Shown: piece by piece, positions 54,097-64,000 of the stretch
How the letters are laid out: every line of letters begins with the position of its first letter
How positions within the stretch are numbered: position 1 is the stretch's first letter
NCBI GenBank assembly: GCA_965214095.1
Contig: OZ243938.1
Location: 4,096,001 to 4,160,000, forward strand
From: Candidatus Poribacteria bacterium
GTDB lineage: Bacteria > Poribacteria > WGA-4E > WGA-3G
DNA length: 64,000 nt
Direction: 5' to 3'
Position numbers and translations under genes: made by a program
The notes under the pieces: generated by a model
Databases searched by the model: none
What the model was told of the DNA's origin: nothing
The model's input: only the letters and a program-made list of their open reading frames with translations

Positions 54097-55746
54097 CTAT
54101 TGATTTTGAAATCTCCGTTTAAATATATTTAAAATGTCATCAAATTCTGAAACCTTCAACAATTTATACATCGCAGCCAATGCCAACACACTAAATCCAA
54201 TCGGAACGAATACGTTTACACTACGCGGAATGATCCCCTCAGTTCCAAGTAAGTCTTGCTCAATAACCCCATTTGTTAACCAACACACAATACCCATCAC
54301 TGCTGAAGCAATTATGATCTTAAATGTCAATAAGATTACCGGTTTTAGACCTAACCGCCCAACTTTTCGACGGAGCAGTAGTAATAAAACACCACTATTG
54401 ATTGTTACAGTCAGCACGGTTGAGAATACTACCGCTCGTGGATCTAAAATAAGTTCACGGAAGATAAACATATAATTGAGGAATATATTGAGTGCCACAC
54501 CGCATAAACTGACTATTACGGGTGCACGGATGTCTTTGTAAGCATAAAAACCATCCGTAACAATCTTAAGTGCAGAAAACCCACACAATCCAAAAGCATA
54601 AACGAACAAAATGCCGCCTGTAGCGATGGTATCAGATTCTACATAAGCCCCTCGTTCATAAAGCAAACGACAGATTGACGTTGACAATACCATCAAACCG
54701 ATAGATGCAGGAATAATCACAGTCAACATCAGACGGATAGCATAAGAGAGAGAATTACGAAATTGTTCAGTTTCACCTGTGTTAGCGTATTTAGCTAATT
54801 GCGGAAGTGCTACTGTAGAGATTGCCACCCCGAATATACCGAGAGGCAGATGCATGATACGATATGCTCCCTGCATCCACGGCAGCCACTCATCCCCAGT
54901 GGTGATAAACCATGTATTTACCAGCTGATTTATCGGAACAGCAGCAACACCTAAGATAGCAGGACCAATCAATCGCAACACTTCACGGACCCGCGTATCT
55001 TTCAAACTCAAGAGCGGTTTATACCTAAATCCAACCCGGTACATTGACGGTACTTGTATCAGGAATTGCGCAATTCCACCAACAACGACACCGACTGACA
55101 TGCCGGTGGTCGGATGCATTCCAAGTGCCTGACAGAGGTAGTAACCGCTGATACCAATTACAAGCGAACTAAAATTAAAAAAAGTTGAAGCACTTGCAGG
55201 TATACCAAATTTCCCTTTGCTATTTAACAATCCCATCGCTATGGCAGCAAGAGAAACAAAAAGCAGGTATGGAAACATCAGTTGTGTCAAATATATGGTT
55301 AATTCTACCTTTGTATCAAATCCGAAATGTTTGCTACTATCTAAAATCTCGTCAAAATCCTCTCGCGCTAATACCTCAACAATAGTAGGCGCGAATGCAA
55401 TTCCTAATGCAACAATGCATATTAAGACAACGCAAGTCAGATTGAAAATGCGGTTTGCAAGATTCCACGCTGCTTCCTCTCCATCTTCGGCTTCCGTAGC
55501 AATAAACGTTGTGATAAATGCCTTACTTAATATGCCCTCACCGAACATATCACGTAGGAAATTGGGTATACGGAATGCAAGGTGAAAAGCACTCGCACCA
55601 AGTTTTGTAGGAAAATAGTTGAATATCACTATCTCCCGTGCAAGTCCAAGTAACCTTGATCCCATCACTGCAAGACTTACTATTCCTGCAGCACGGGTAA
55701 CATTTTGATTCTGATCCTCAGTGGTTTGCGTTGCTATTTCTTCCAT
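54097..55746 (-). CDS. murJ: Lipid II flippase MurJ/MviN
   Basis: SRLLGLARE, AFRIPNFLRDMFGEG, LPLGIFG, YERGAY; many TMs. Confidence 0.93.
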   Translation of the reverse strand: MEEIATQTTEDQNQNVTRAAGIVSLAVMGSRLLGLAREIVIFNYFPTKLGASAFHLAFRIPNFLRDMFGEGILSKAFITTFIATEAEDGEEAAWNLANRIFNLTCVVLICIVALGIAFAPTIVEVLAREDFDEILDSSKHFGFDTKVELTIYLTQLMFPYLLFVSLAAIAMGLLNSKGKFGIPASASTFFNFSSLVIGISGYYLCQALGMHPTTGMSVGVVVGGIAQFLIQVPSMYRVGFRYKPLLSLKDTRVREVLRLIGPAILGVAAVPINQLVNTWFITTGDEWLPWMQGAYRIMHLPLGIFGVAISTVALPQLAKYANTGETEQFRNSLSYAIRLMLTVIIPASIGLMVLSTSICRLLYERGAYVESDTIATGGILFVYAFGLCGFSALKIVTDGFYAYKDIRAPVIVSLCGVALNIFLNYMFIFRELILDPRAVVFSTVLTVTINSGVLLLLLRRKVGRLGLKPVILLTFKIIIASAVMGIVCWLTNGVIEQDLLGTEGIIPRSVNVFVPIGFSVLALAAMYKLLKVSEFDDILNIFKRRFQNQ

Positions 55747-55905
55747 ATATGGTTGTCATTTTCTAATGTTGCTAATAGTCAAAGATAACGAAGCACAGTA
55801 AATGTTGAAATGATCCTGTTTTTTGTTGAACATCATAATTTGATTTTAGATGCTTGACATCTACGCTAAATTCGTATAAATTGATGAAAAACAAAGGAGC
55901 AAATA

Positions 55906-56286
55906 ATGCAAGAAACAAGATATTTTACGGTTGAAGAAGCAAACGCATGTATTCCAGATTTGAACATAGACATCACCGACCTACTTGAATTGAAGGACCA
56001 ACTGGAGGAACTTCACGCAGAACTTACACCTTTCTTAGAGGTAATTCCCCACAACGGCGGGAATAAAAACGCACTTTTACTCATGCGGACAGGAGACAAA
56101 CTCAGGGAAATTGTCAGACGAATTGAACAACTCGGTTGTCATCTCAAAGGACTTGACCCCGCATTAGTTGATTTTCCACACATCCGTGATGGTAAAGAAG
56201 TTTATCTCTGTTGGCGATACGGTGAAAAGGAGATCGGGTATTGGCATGAAATTGATAACGGTTTTGCTGGACGAAAACCTTTATAA
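55906..56286 (+). CDS. DUF2203 family protein
   Basis: FTVEEAN, LVDFP, VYLCWRYGE, WH...GFAGRKP. Confidence 0.85.
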   Translation: MQETRYFTVEEANACIPDLNIDITDLLELKDQLEELHAELTPFLEVIPHNGGNKNALLLMRTGDKLREIVRRIEQLGCHLKGLDPALVDFPHIRDGKEVYLCWRYGEKEIGYWHEIDNGFAGRKPL

Positions 56287-57072
56287 TTAATTCAAAAAAT
56301 AGAAATGGTTGGTAGGACCGTGGCCATGTCCAATTTCCAATGCATGTTTTATGGCATTCGTAATATAAGTTTTTGACACTTGAATTGCCTCAATTAGATC
56401 CTTCCCAAGTGCCAGATGTGTAGCAATAGCAGCTGAATAAGTACATCCAGTGCCGTGTGTGTTTTCTGTTTCAATACGTTCCGATTCAAAAAATGTCCAA
56501 TCACTGTCTGTGTAAAGCACATCTATTGCCTTTTCATCATCAAGATGTCCACCCTTGACAAGTACGGCTTTACAACCCAATTTTGCAATAGTTTTCGCTG
56601 CAGATTTGGCATCATCAGTAGTCTGTATTTCCTGTTCAGCGAGAAGTTCTGCTTCATAGATATTCGGTGTGATAACTGTAGCAAGTGGAATTAATGAGAG
56701 CCTGAGACTGTTGATCGCTTCCGCTTTTAGTAGTGGAAACTTACTTTTGGAAATCATCACGGGATCCACCACTATGGCTTGAGGTGAGTATTGCCGTAAC
56801 TTCTGTGCAACTGTTTCAACAATTACTGACGATGAGAGCATTCCTGTCTTGACACTGGCAACATCAAAATCGGAAAATACTGCGTCCAGTTGTGCGTCTA
56901 TCAATTGGATAGGTAAATCGAATGCATCTGTGACCGCAACCGTGTTCTGTGCTGTTACGGATGTAATCGCAGACATAGCGAACCCGCCATTTGCAGAAAT
57001 TGCTTTGATATCCGCTTGTATCCCGGCACCACCCCCTGAATCTGAACCTGCAATGGTTAAAATTTGTTTCAT
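56287..57072 (-). CDS. thiD: Hydroxymethylpyrimidine/phosphomethylpyrimidine kinase
   Basis: [31 protein letters not shown]. Confidence 0.95.
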   Translation of the reverse strand: MKQILTIAGSDSGGGAGIQADIKAISANGGFAMSAITSVTAQNTVAVTDAFDLPIQLIDAQLDAVFSDFDVASVKTGMLSSSVIVETVAQKLRQYSPQAIVVDPVMISKSKFPLLKAEAINSLRLSLIPLATVITPNIYEAELLAEQEIQTTDDAKSAAKTIAKLGCKAVLVKGGHLDDEKAIDVLYTDSDWTFFESERIETENTHGTGCTYSAAIATHLALGKDLIEAIQVSKTYITNAIKHALEIGHGHGPTNHFYFLN

Positions 57073-57261
57073 AACTCCCCTTTATTAGTTCTATGTTCAA
57101 TAGGTAATATCTAATTTATTTATCATATTACACTTTGCTCATCTTCACAAATTATATCATTGATTATTGACTCAGTGCAAGTGTGTTAAATTCATCTTGA
57201 TATATGGCACTCTATCTGTTAAAATGACTCACAATTCATTTTTTAAGATTAGGAGTGCTTC

Positions 57262-58122
57262 ATGATATTTGGACAAGGAACACATCAGTATACAGTGGAA
57301 GAAAATTGGTGGACATTACCAGATGGTTGGGAATTCGGTTGGATTCCCGCTGTCGCAGTTGATTCTCAGGATCGCGTTTATGTCTATAGTCGTAGCGAAC
57401 ATCCGATGGTCGTGTTTGACCGAGATGGTAATTTCTTAACTTCGTGGGGAGATGACATCCTCAAAGATGCACACGGTATCTTCATAGATGATGAGGACAA
57501 TGTTTTCTGCGTAGAACGTGAAACGCACGTCATGCATAAGTTCACAACGGATGGCGAACTGTTGATGACACTCGGAACAATGGATCAACCCGGTGCAGAA
57601 GGTGAACCTTTCAATTTACCAACAGATTTAGCACTCGGTCCGGATGGAGAAATGTTTATCAGTGACGGCTACGGTAATGCACGTATCCACAAGTTTTCTC
57701 CTGAAGGTGAGTTGATTAAATCTTGGGGAAAACCGGGAACAGGTCCAGGCGAATTTGACCTGCCTCATTGTGTTCGTGTTGACCCGCGTAATAGAGTGAT
57801 GGTCGCAGATCGTGAAAACAACCGCATCCAGTTCTTCACCTTGGATGGAGAATATATTGAAGAGTGGGGAGACCTTCTCGAACCCGACACAATTTATATT
57901 GACGAAGACGAACTTGTGTATATTGCTGAACTTGGACAGCGCGTATCAATAATGACGTTAGATGGTGAAGTAGTATCTCAATGGGGTAGCGAACGTGGTA
58001 GCACTGTCCCTGGTGAGTTTCTTGCATGTCCACACGGTATCTGGTTAGACTCACACGGAGATATATACGTTGGTGAGGTTCAAGCGGACGCAAGGTTACA
58101 AAAATATATTCGTCAGAAATAA
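57262..58122 (+). CDS. NHL-repeat protein (paralog of 37913-38761)
   Basis: AHGIF, FNLPTD, ISDGYGN, FDLPH, DRENNRIQ, PHGIWLDSHGDIYV. Confidence 0.82.
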   Translation: MIFGQGTHQYTVEENWWTLPDGWEFGWIPAVAVDSQDRVYVYSRSEHPMVVFDRDGNFLTSWGDDILKDAHGIFIDDEDNVFCVERETHVMHKFTTDGELLMTLGTMDQPGAEGEPFNLPTDLALGPDGEMFISDGYGNARIHKFSPEGELIKSWGKPGTGPGEFDLPHCVRVDPRNRVMVADRENNRIQFFTLDGEYIEEWGDLLEPDTIYIDEDELVYIAELGQRVSIMTLDGEVVSQWGSERGSTVPGEFLACPHGIWLDSHGDIYVGEVQADARLQKYIRQK

Positions 58123-58214
58123 GGAATCGTGGTTTTATTGCGAAGAATTAGCATGGGTTTATCTTGATATTTTCCAGAAAAAAGTCGTAATAAATACTCC
58201 TGAAGGTTAAACAG

Positions 58215-59630
58215 ATGACTGAAAACTTGTCTTTTTTTCAAAGAATTAATGAGTCCTTTGATAAGGCAGCAAAGTTCACAGATTACCCACAAGGACTGCT
58301 GGAACAGATAAAGATTTGCAACAGTTCATGCCATTTCACCTTTCCAATTAAACGGGACGACGGAACGATTCAGACGATTCACGGATGGCGTGCTGAACAT
58401 AGCCACCACAAACTTCCTACGAAGGGTGGAATCCGTTATAGTACATTGGTAAACGAAGATGAGATTATGGCACTTGCTGCCTTAATGACCTACAAATGTG
58501 CACTGGTGGATCTACCTTTTGGTGGGGCTAAAGGAGGAATACAACTTGATCGGAAGGAGTATTCCGAAAGTGAATTAGAACGAATCACTCGCCGCTATAC
58601 CTATGAGTTGATACAAAAGAACTATATCGGTCCGGGTATTGATGTTCCTGCCCCTGACTATGGCACAGGTGAAAACGAGATGTCGTGGATTCTTGATACA
58701 TATCTGTCAATGGCACCGGATAAGCTGGATGCCATCGCATGTGTAACAGGGAAACCGATTGAGCAAAACGGTATACGAGGACGAAAAGAGGCGACTGGTC
58801 GTGGTGTTGTCTATGGGTTGGAAGAGGTATGCAGTTATGTAGATGATATGAAAGAGGTTGGAATTCAGCCGGGACTGCGTGGAAAAACTGTTGTCATTCA
58901 AGGATTTGGAAAGGTTGGCTATCCGGCTGCAATCTATCTTAATGAAGCAGAAGCGAAAGTTATTGCAATTGCTGAAGCAGACGGTGCTATCTATAATCAA
59001 CAAGGTTTGGATATTGAAGGCATTTCTGAGTTTAGAGATGAAACCGGCTCAATTCGGAATTTTCCGGACGCAACATTTGTTGAAAATCCGCATGACATAC
59101 TTGAGTTAGAATGCGATATTTTAGTGCCAGCAGCACTTGAGAACCAGATTACCGCGGAGAATGCACCGCGTATTAAAGCACGTATCATTGCGGAAGCAGC
59201 AAACGGTCCTACAACATCAAGAGCACATGAAATCCTGAAGAAACGTGGAGCAATGATCGTTCCTGATACCTTTCTCAATGCAGGTGGTGTTACCGTTTCC
59301 TATTTTGAATGGTTGAGAAATCTATCGCACGTCGGTTTTGGTAGGTTGGCAAGACGATATGAAGAAAGTGCCTACACGGCAATGGTACACTTTATTGAAC
59401 AAGCTACAGGTTATCAATTTTCCGATGATGAACGTCAAACGGTTCATGGAGCAGATGAAACCGATCTGGTGAATTCTGGACTTCAGGATACAATGATCAA
59501 TGCTTATGAAGAAATTCGAGAAACTAGATTTAAGTACGGAAAAGATGTTGTTGATGGCAGAACAGCTGCGTATATTAATGCTATTCATAAGATTGCCCAA
59601 TCTTATATGCAACTCGGTATTTTTCCGTAG
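58215..59630 (+). CDS. Glu/Leu/Phe/Val dehydrogenase (glutamate dehydrogenase-like)
   Basis: KGGIRY, MTYKCA, PFGGAKGG, DVPAPD, ATGRG, EAANGP, NAGGVTVSYFEW. Confidence 0.93.
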   Translation: MTENLSFFQRINESFDKAAKFTDYPQGLLEQIKICNSSCHFTFPIKRDDGTIQTIHGWRAEHSHHKLPTKGGIRYSTLVNEDEIMALAALMTYKCALVDLPFGGAKGGIQLDRKEYSESELERITRRYTYELIQKNYIGPGIDVPAPDYGTGENEMSWILDTYLSMAPDKLDAIACVTGKPIEQNGIRGRKEATGRGVVYGLEEVCSYVDDMKEVGIQPGLRGKTVVIQGFGKVGYPAAIYLNEAEAKVIAIAEADGAIYNQQGLDIEGISEFRDETGSIRNFPDATFVENPHDILELECDILVPAALENQITAENAPRIKARIIAEAANGPTTSRAHEILKKRGAMIVPDTFLNAGGVTVSYFEWLRNLSHVGFGRLARRYEESAYTAMVHFIEQATGYQFSDDERQTVHGADETDLVNSGLQDTMINAYEEIRETRFKYGKDVVDGRTAAYINAIHKIAQSYMQLGIFP

Positions 59631-59669
59631 TTCAACAAAGTAGAAAATCAATAAACAGAAGGAGTAATA

Positions 59670-60422
59670 ATGATCTGTCTCAGTGTCAATGTGAACAAAG
59701 TCGCAACATTACGAAATTCAAGGGGTGGTGATATACCCAATGTCCTAACAGCCGTTGACACCTGTATTGATGCGGGGGCACAAGGGATAACAGTACATCC
59801 TCGCGAAGATCAACGGCATATCAGACCTTCAGATGTCTATGAGATTGCCAAACACTTAAAAGAGATCAATTCAAAGAATAACACAAACATTGAATATAAT
59901 ATTGAAGGTGATCCGAGACCTGAACTGATTGATATGGTGTTAGACGTACAACCGACACAATGCACCCTTGTGCCTGTTGTTAGAGGTGAAATTACAAGTC
60001 ACACCGTTTGGGATATCAAGAAAGATGGAGAGATGCTAAAGCCCATAATTAAATCACTAAAAGATGTTGGTATCCGCGTCAGTCTGTTTAGTGGAACTGA
60101 TCTTGAACAGATAGGGCGGACGGTAGACATTGGGGCAGATAGAATTGAACTCTATACTGAACCTTATGCTATGGCAAAAACCGAGGCAGATACTACCCAC
60201 GAGTTTTCGCTTTTGAAACAGGCTGGAGCGAAAGCACTCGCAGTGGGGCTTGGAACGAATGCAGGACACGATCTCAATCTCGACAATCTTCCGTTGATGC
60301 AGCAACTACCAGGCTTACTTGAAGTATCAATCGGTCACCATCTGATGGCAGATGCACTCTATATCGGTATGACAGCAGCGGTCAAAGCTTACCGAACCGC
60401 GTTAGGACAGAATGTAAAATGA
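59670..60422 (+). CDS. pdxJ: Pyridoxine 5'-phosphate synthase
   Basis: VNVNKVATLRNSR, HPREDQRH, IELYT, NAGHDL, EVSIGH. Confidence 0.95.
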   Translation: MICLSVNVNKVATLRNSRGGDIPNVLTAVDTCIDAGAQGITVHPREDQRHIRPSDVYEIAKHLKEINSKNNTNIEYNIEGDPRPELIDMVLDVQPTQCTLVPVVRGEITSHTVWDIKKDGEMLKPIIKSLKDVGIRVSLFSGTDLEQIGRTVDIGADRIELYTEPYAMAKTEADTTHEFSLLKQAGAKALAVGLGTNAGHDLNLDNLPLMQQLPGLLEVSIGHHLMADALYIGMTAAVKAYRTALGQNVK

Positions 60423-61054
60423 TGAAATCATGTGCTATTTTCGATCTTGATGGGACGCTAATCAGTAAATCTTCAGAGAAAGTCTTTCTCAAGCATCTGA
60501 TAAGTAATGGGGAAATGCCTATATCAAATCTGCTTGCTTGGACTGCCAAGTTTCTGAAAGTCAGATCATATACAGAAGCAAAATCATACAAAATCCATTT
60601 ACGTGGTTTAGAAAAGCAAAACCTGTGCGAACTTGCTCGGGAATGTTTTGAGGTAACACTTCGTAATAGTATTGCACCAAACATTTCAATGCTAATTAAT
60701 ACGCATCGTAATGAAGGACGCACGGTTATTATAATGTCAGGTTCACTCTCATTCTTGGTGGAACTATTTCATGAACACCTTCAGACTGACATCATGGTTG
60801 CTGACCAACTTGAAGTGGAAGATGGCAGATTCACAGGTAATCGTGTTGGTCTGCGACCGTATGCAGAAAACAAAGCAGCACTTGCTCAAGCACTTGCAAC
60901 AGAACATGGCTTTGATCTTAGTTCTTCTTATGCTTATGGAAACCACCATTCTGATGTCTACAAACTGGAACTGTTTGGAAACCCTGTCGCTGTGAATCCT
61001 GATCGGGAACTCAGACGTATTGCAGCAGAAAGAAATTGGCAAGTAGAAATGTAG
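60419..61054 (+). CDS. HAD-superfamily IB hydrolase
   Basis: FDLDGTL, SGS, K, AYGNHHSD, VNPD. Confidence 0.88.
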   Translation: MMKSCAIFDLDGTLISKSSEKVFLKHLISNGEMPISNLLAWTAKFLKVRSYTEAKSYKIHLRGLEKQNLCELARECFEVTLRNSIAPNISMLINTHRNEGRTVIIMSGSLSFLVELFHEHLQTDIMVADQLEVEDGRFTGNRVGLRPYAENKAALAQALATEHGFDLSSSYAYGNHHSDVYKLELFGNPVAVNPDRELRRIAAERNWQVEM

Positions 61055-61072
61055 TCAAGGTAGGGGACAATA

Positions 61073-61819
61073 GTGCGGCTCGAAAAATATATCTCTGATT
61101 CAGGTGTCGCATCCCGACGTGCAGTTAAGCGTTCCATTCATGATGGACTTGTTACTGTTAACGGTATAACAATAACTGTTCCTGGACATCCGATTGATGC
61201 AGAAACTGATGATATTGAATATCGTGGAGATAAGGTTGAACCAATAACAGAGCATATCTATCTTATGTTGAATAAACCACCCGGTTATTTGACAACCCGT
61301 CATGATGAACGTGACAGACCTACCGTCATGGATTTGCTAACCGACCTACCTAAGTCAATATACCCCGTTGGACGTTTAGATTTAGATACGGAAGGATTAC
61401 TGTTATTTACAAACGATGGAAATTTTGCATATCGGATGATGCATCCCAGTCATGAGGTAGAAAAAACCTATCTTGTATGGGTTAATGGTATTCCGAGTAA
61501 TCGTGGCATTGAACGTCTACGAAACGGTGTTGCTATCACCGGCGGTAAAACTGCACCTGCCAAGATTGAAGAACTGGAGGTTACTGCTACATCTGTATTG
61601 TCCAAAAATAGAAAAAGAGGTAATACTGCAGGAGTTGCAAAATATAGAGTAGTAATTCACGAAGGCAAAAAGCGACAAGTTCGTTTAATGTTTAAAGCGG
61701 TAGGACATAAGGTAATCCGTTTGAAACGGATACAGGTAGGAACGTTAGTGTTAGGTAATCTTCCACAGGGGAAGTATCGTTTTCTCACCCCTGCAGAAGT
61801 CACCTTGTTACATCCTTGA
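61073..61819 (+). CDS. RsuA/RluB-family pseudouridine synthase
   Basis: S4 domain, NKPPG, VGRLDLDTEGLL, EGKKRQVR. Confidence 0.92.
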   Translation: MRLEKYISDSGVASRRAVKRSIHDGLVTVNGITITVPGHPIDAETDDIEYRGDKVEPITEHIYLMLNKPPGYLTTRHDERDRPTVMDLLTDLPKSIYPVGRLDLDTEGLLLFTNDGNFAYRMMHPSHEVEKTYLVWVNGIPSNRGIERLRNGVAITGGKTAPAKIEELEVTATSVLSKNRKRGNTAGVAKYRVVIHEGKKRQVRLMFKAVGHKVIRLKRIQVGTLVLGNLPQGKYRFLTPAEVTLLHP

Positions 61820-61830
61820 TTTCTGAAATC

Positions 61831-62877
61831 TTACTGATCCTTCGGAGTTGCCTCTAAGGAATCCTGAGCGCGTTTCAACATCATCTCAGTTTGCCGTAGC
61901 AGATTTTCATTTTTCCCGTGATTAAGCAACTTCTCAAACACAACAATTGCCTTATCAAACTGCTTAAGGATATGATATGTAATTCCCAAATAGTATTGAG
62001 CAGGTTCAGACTCATTGCTTTCTGGATAATTTTCAATGACTTTTTGGAAGTGCATTACAGCTTTTTCTCCCAACTTTTCGTCACTCGGTGTTCGCTGTAG
62101 CTGCGTCGCATAAGCAACACCAATTTGTGTATGCAACTTAGTTACATTCCCTGATTCATTTTTCGTATCTTTTGCAAATACTTTTTCACTGAATGGGAGT
62201 GCTTTGTCAAGTTGTTGAATCTTCAAATATGCTAAAGCAAATTGACTGTTTAGTTCAAGATCATCTGGGAGTTTTTCACTGATTGGAAGGGCTTTTTCAA
62301 ATTGTTGACGATTTATATAGAGAATACCAATTTCTCGATTAAGTTTGAGGTCTTCAGGATTCTTCTTGTATTCCGCCAATTTTGCCTTGAATTCCATCTC
62401 TTTCTTGAGTGCCGTTTCCATTACTGGAGCGAATTTATCAGGAGGAAGATATCCTGATTGATTCGTAATTACCCCTCCATCTGGACTAACGAACACAATT
62501 GCTGGGAAACCTCTAACGCCATACTTTTCTCGTGTTTCCTCGTTTATGGGACGTTCCTCAATCTCTGGATTAACTTTGATGTTGATGAATTTATCTGAAA
62601 GTGAGATGACTTTCGCATCGGTGAAGGTGTCGGCATCCAGCCGTTTACACCAACCTCACCAATCTGTATAGAAGTCCATCATAATCGGTTTACCAGTCTC
62701 GGTGGATTGTTTTGTAGCTTCTTCTACTGTATCCACCCATTGGATTTGTGCTTCACTGGCTTCTTCGGTGGTAGTTTCATGATTATCAGCAAATACAGGG
62801 ATTGAAACTGCCATCAGTAATAGAGCAGTGAGTGCAGCAAAGTAACTGAAATGTTTTGGTACAACAGAATTAAACAT
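61831..62877 (-). CDS. Predicted selenoprotein: exported thioredoxin-fold (W-U-G-W-C) + TPR protein, 348 aa
   Basis: ORF 62656-62877 ends DFYTDW-TGA; the same frame continues GWCKRLDADTF...YGVRGFPAIVFV into ORF 61831-62496; hairpin directly after UGA. Confidence 0.8.
62620..62655 (-). promoter_or_regulatory. Putative bacterial SECIS hairpin
   Basis: After UGA: GGTGT-AAA-CGGC-TGGAT-GCCG-ACACC, G-containing apical loop. Confidence 0.6.
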
Positions 62878-63128
62878 TAATTCTCTCCTAATTTTAATTT
62901 ACAATTAATATGTGGGTTCTGCTAAATCCACAATATATAAACCCATTCCTATAAAGTCGTATATCTTTTTGTACTTTCATAAGTATAGCAGCTATTATGA
63001 CGTCTGTCCAGAAAAATGATAAATTTGTGATTCCAGACCATTTGTAAGTTTTGCACACACCATGAATTATTATAGGTTGCAATTGCTTACTAAATTTATA
63101 CAGAAAACGATATTTTGTTCAGTATTGT

Positions 63129-64000
63129 TTACTTGCCAACACAGAACTGTGAGAAGATACGATCCAATATATCTTCTGTTGTTGTTTTTCCTACGATGTC
63201 CCCGAGTGCATCCAGACTTATTCGCAAATCAACAGAAACAAGATCAGGTGGCATCTCGCTTTCTAAGCTTGTGATTACATCATCAAGTGCTTTTTGAGAA
63301 CGTCGCAGAACGTCTTGATGACGCGTGTTAGTAATAATCGGTGAATCTCCGACAACAAAATCTCCACCAAGCAACTCATCAAGGATAGCATTCTTCAGAG
63401 CATCTATACCTATATCTGCCGTAATTGAAGTCTGGATGATACAAGCATTTGGACAATGGTCAGATAACTTCTGTGGATTTGTTAGTATAGGAAGATCAGT
63501 TTTATTTAGAATAAGAATCGCACGGTGGCACTTCGCAACTTCCAGTAATTCAATATCCGATTCATTCAATAGTTCTGATGCATCGAACATTAAGAGTAGT
63601 AATTCTACTTTATCAAGAACGTCTCTGCTCCGTTGAACACCTTGCTGTTCAACGATATCATCCGTTTGTCTGATTCCTGCTGTATCAACCAGATTGATAG
63701 GAATTCCACCGATATTAATTGTTTCCTCAATTGTGTCGCGTGTAGTTCCTGGTATGTCTGTGACTATGGCACGTGCAGTGGTTAGTAGGGCATTAAATAG
63801 GCTTGATTTTCCAACATTCGGTTTTCCTAATATGCCAACGTTAACACCTTCCTTGATAATTCTCCCTTCTGAAGCAGATTCTATCAACTGCGTTATATCC
63901 GCTTGGACTGTTCGCGCTGTCTGAAGTTGTGCGTCAACTTTCATAAAATCAAGGTCTTCATCAGGAAAGTCAATTGACGCTTCTATTTCTGCTAATAACT
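63129..64000 (-). CDS. mnmE: tRNA modification GTPase (3' part; start outside window)
   Basis: IEASIDFPDE, GKPNVGKSS, GTTRD, DTAGIR, NKTD, C-terminal FCVGK. Confidence 0.96.
   Translation of the reverse strand, partial: LLAEIEASIDFPDEDLDFMKVDAQLQTARTVQADITQLIESASEGRIIKEGVNVGILGKPNVGKSSLFNALLTTARAIVTDIPGTTRDTIEETINIGGIPINLVDTAGIRQTDDIVEQQGVQRSRDVLDKVELLLLMFDASELLNESDIELLEVAKCHRAILILNKTDLPILTNPQKLSDHCPNACIIQTSITADIGIDALKNAILDELLGGDFVVGDSPIITNTRHQDVLRRSQKALDDVITSLESEMPPDLVSVDLRISLDALGDIVGKTTTEDILDRIFSQFCVGK

Noticed and set aside
62656-62658. Genome-wide UGA reassignment (genetic code 4 or 25)
   Set aside because: Other genes (yacG, rsfS, thiI, pdxJ) end normally at TGA and long conserved genes have no internal TGA

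Overview
Low-GC (roughly 38-40% by eye) bacterial chromosomal window. Three LamG proteins with a shared C-terminal VE-x-x-x-KL-T-x-x-W motif, a PhyH dioxygenase, NHL/TPR proteins and a membrane-tethered ECF sigma suggest Candidatus Poribacteria (inference). Content: (1) a division/cell-wall cluster on the minus strand (rsmH-ftsL-ftsI-murE-alpha/beta hydrolase-membrane-anchored murF-ddl-mraY) with no mraZ and a sigma54-type -24/-12 element just upstream; (2) nadD-yacG-yqeK-rsfS and other housekeeping genes; (3) a PyrR-attenuated pyrR-pyrC-carA-carB operon without pyrB, carrying a complete IS200/IS605 OMEGA element (omega-RNA + IsrB, 32130-33394) whose removal exactly rebuilds an ATGA stop/start overlap between pyrR and pyrC; (4) an accessory region with an NHL/beta-barrel fusion, a Ni/Co transporter, a candidate pseudoknotted leader RNA, a frameshifted gene and an ECF sigma-TM-BNR propeller fusion; (5) a predicted selenoprotein (thioredoxin UxxC + TPR) that the ORF track splits at an in-frame UGA followed by a SECIS-like hairpin; (6) an intergenic repeat mosaic of GTAG-type REP hairpins with covarying stems, a MITE with 17-bp TIRs and a 9-bp TSD, and 9-bp-periodic inverted elements. 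No rRNA, tRNA or CRISPR array was seen.
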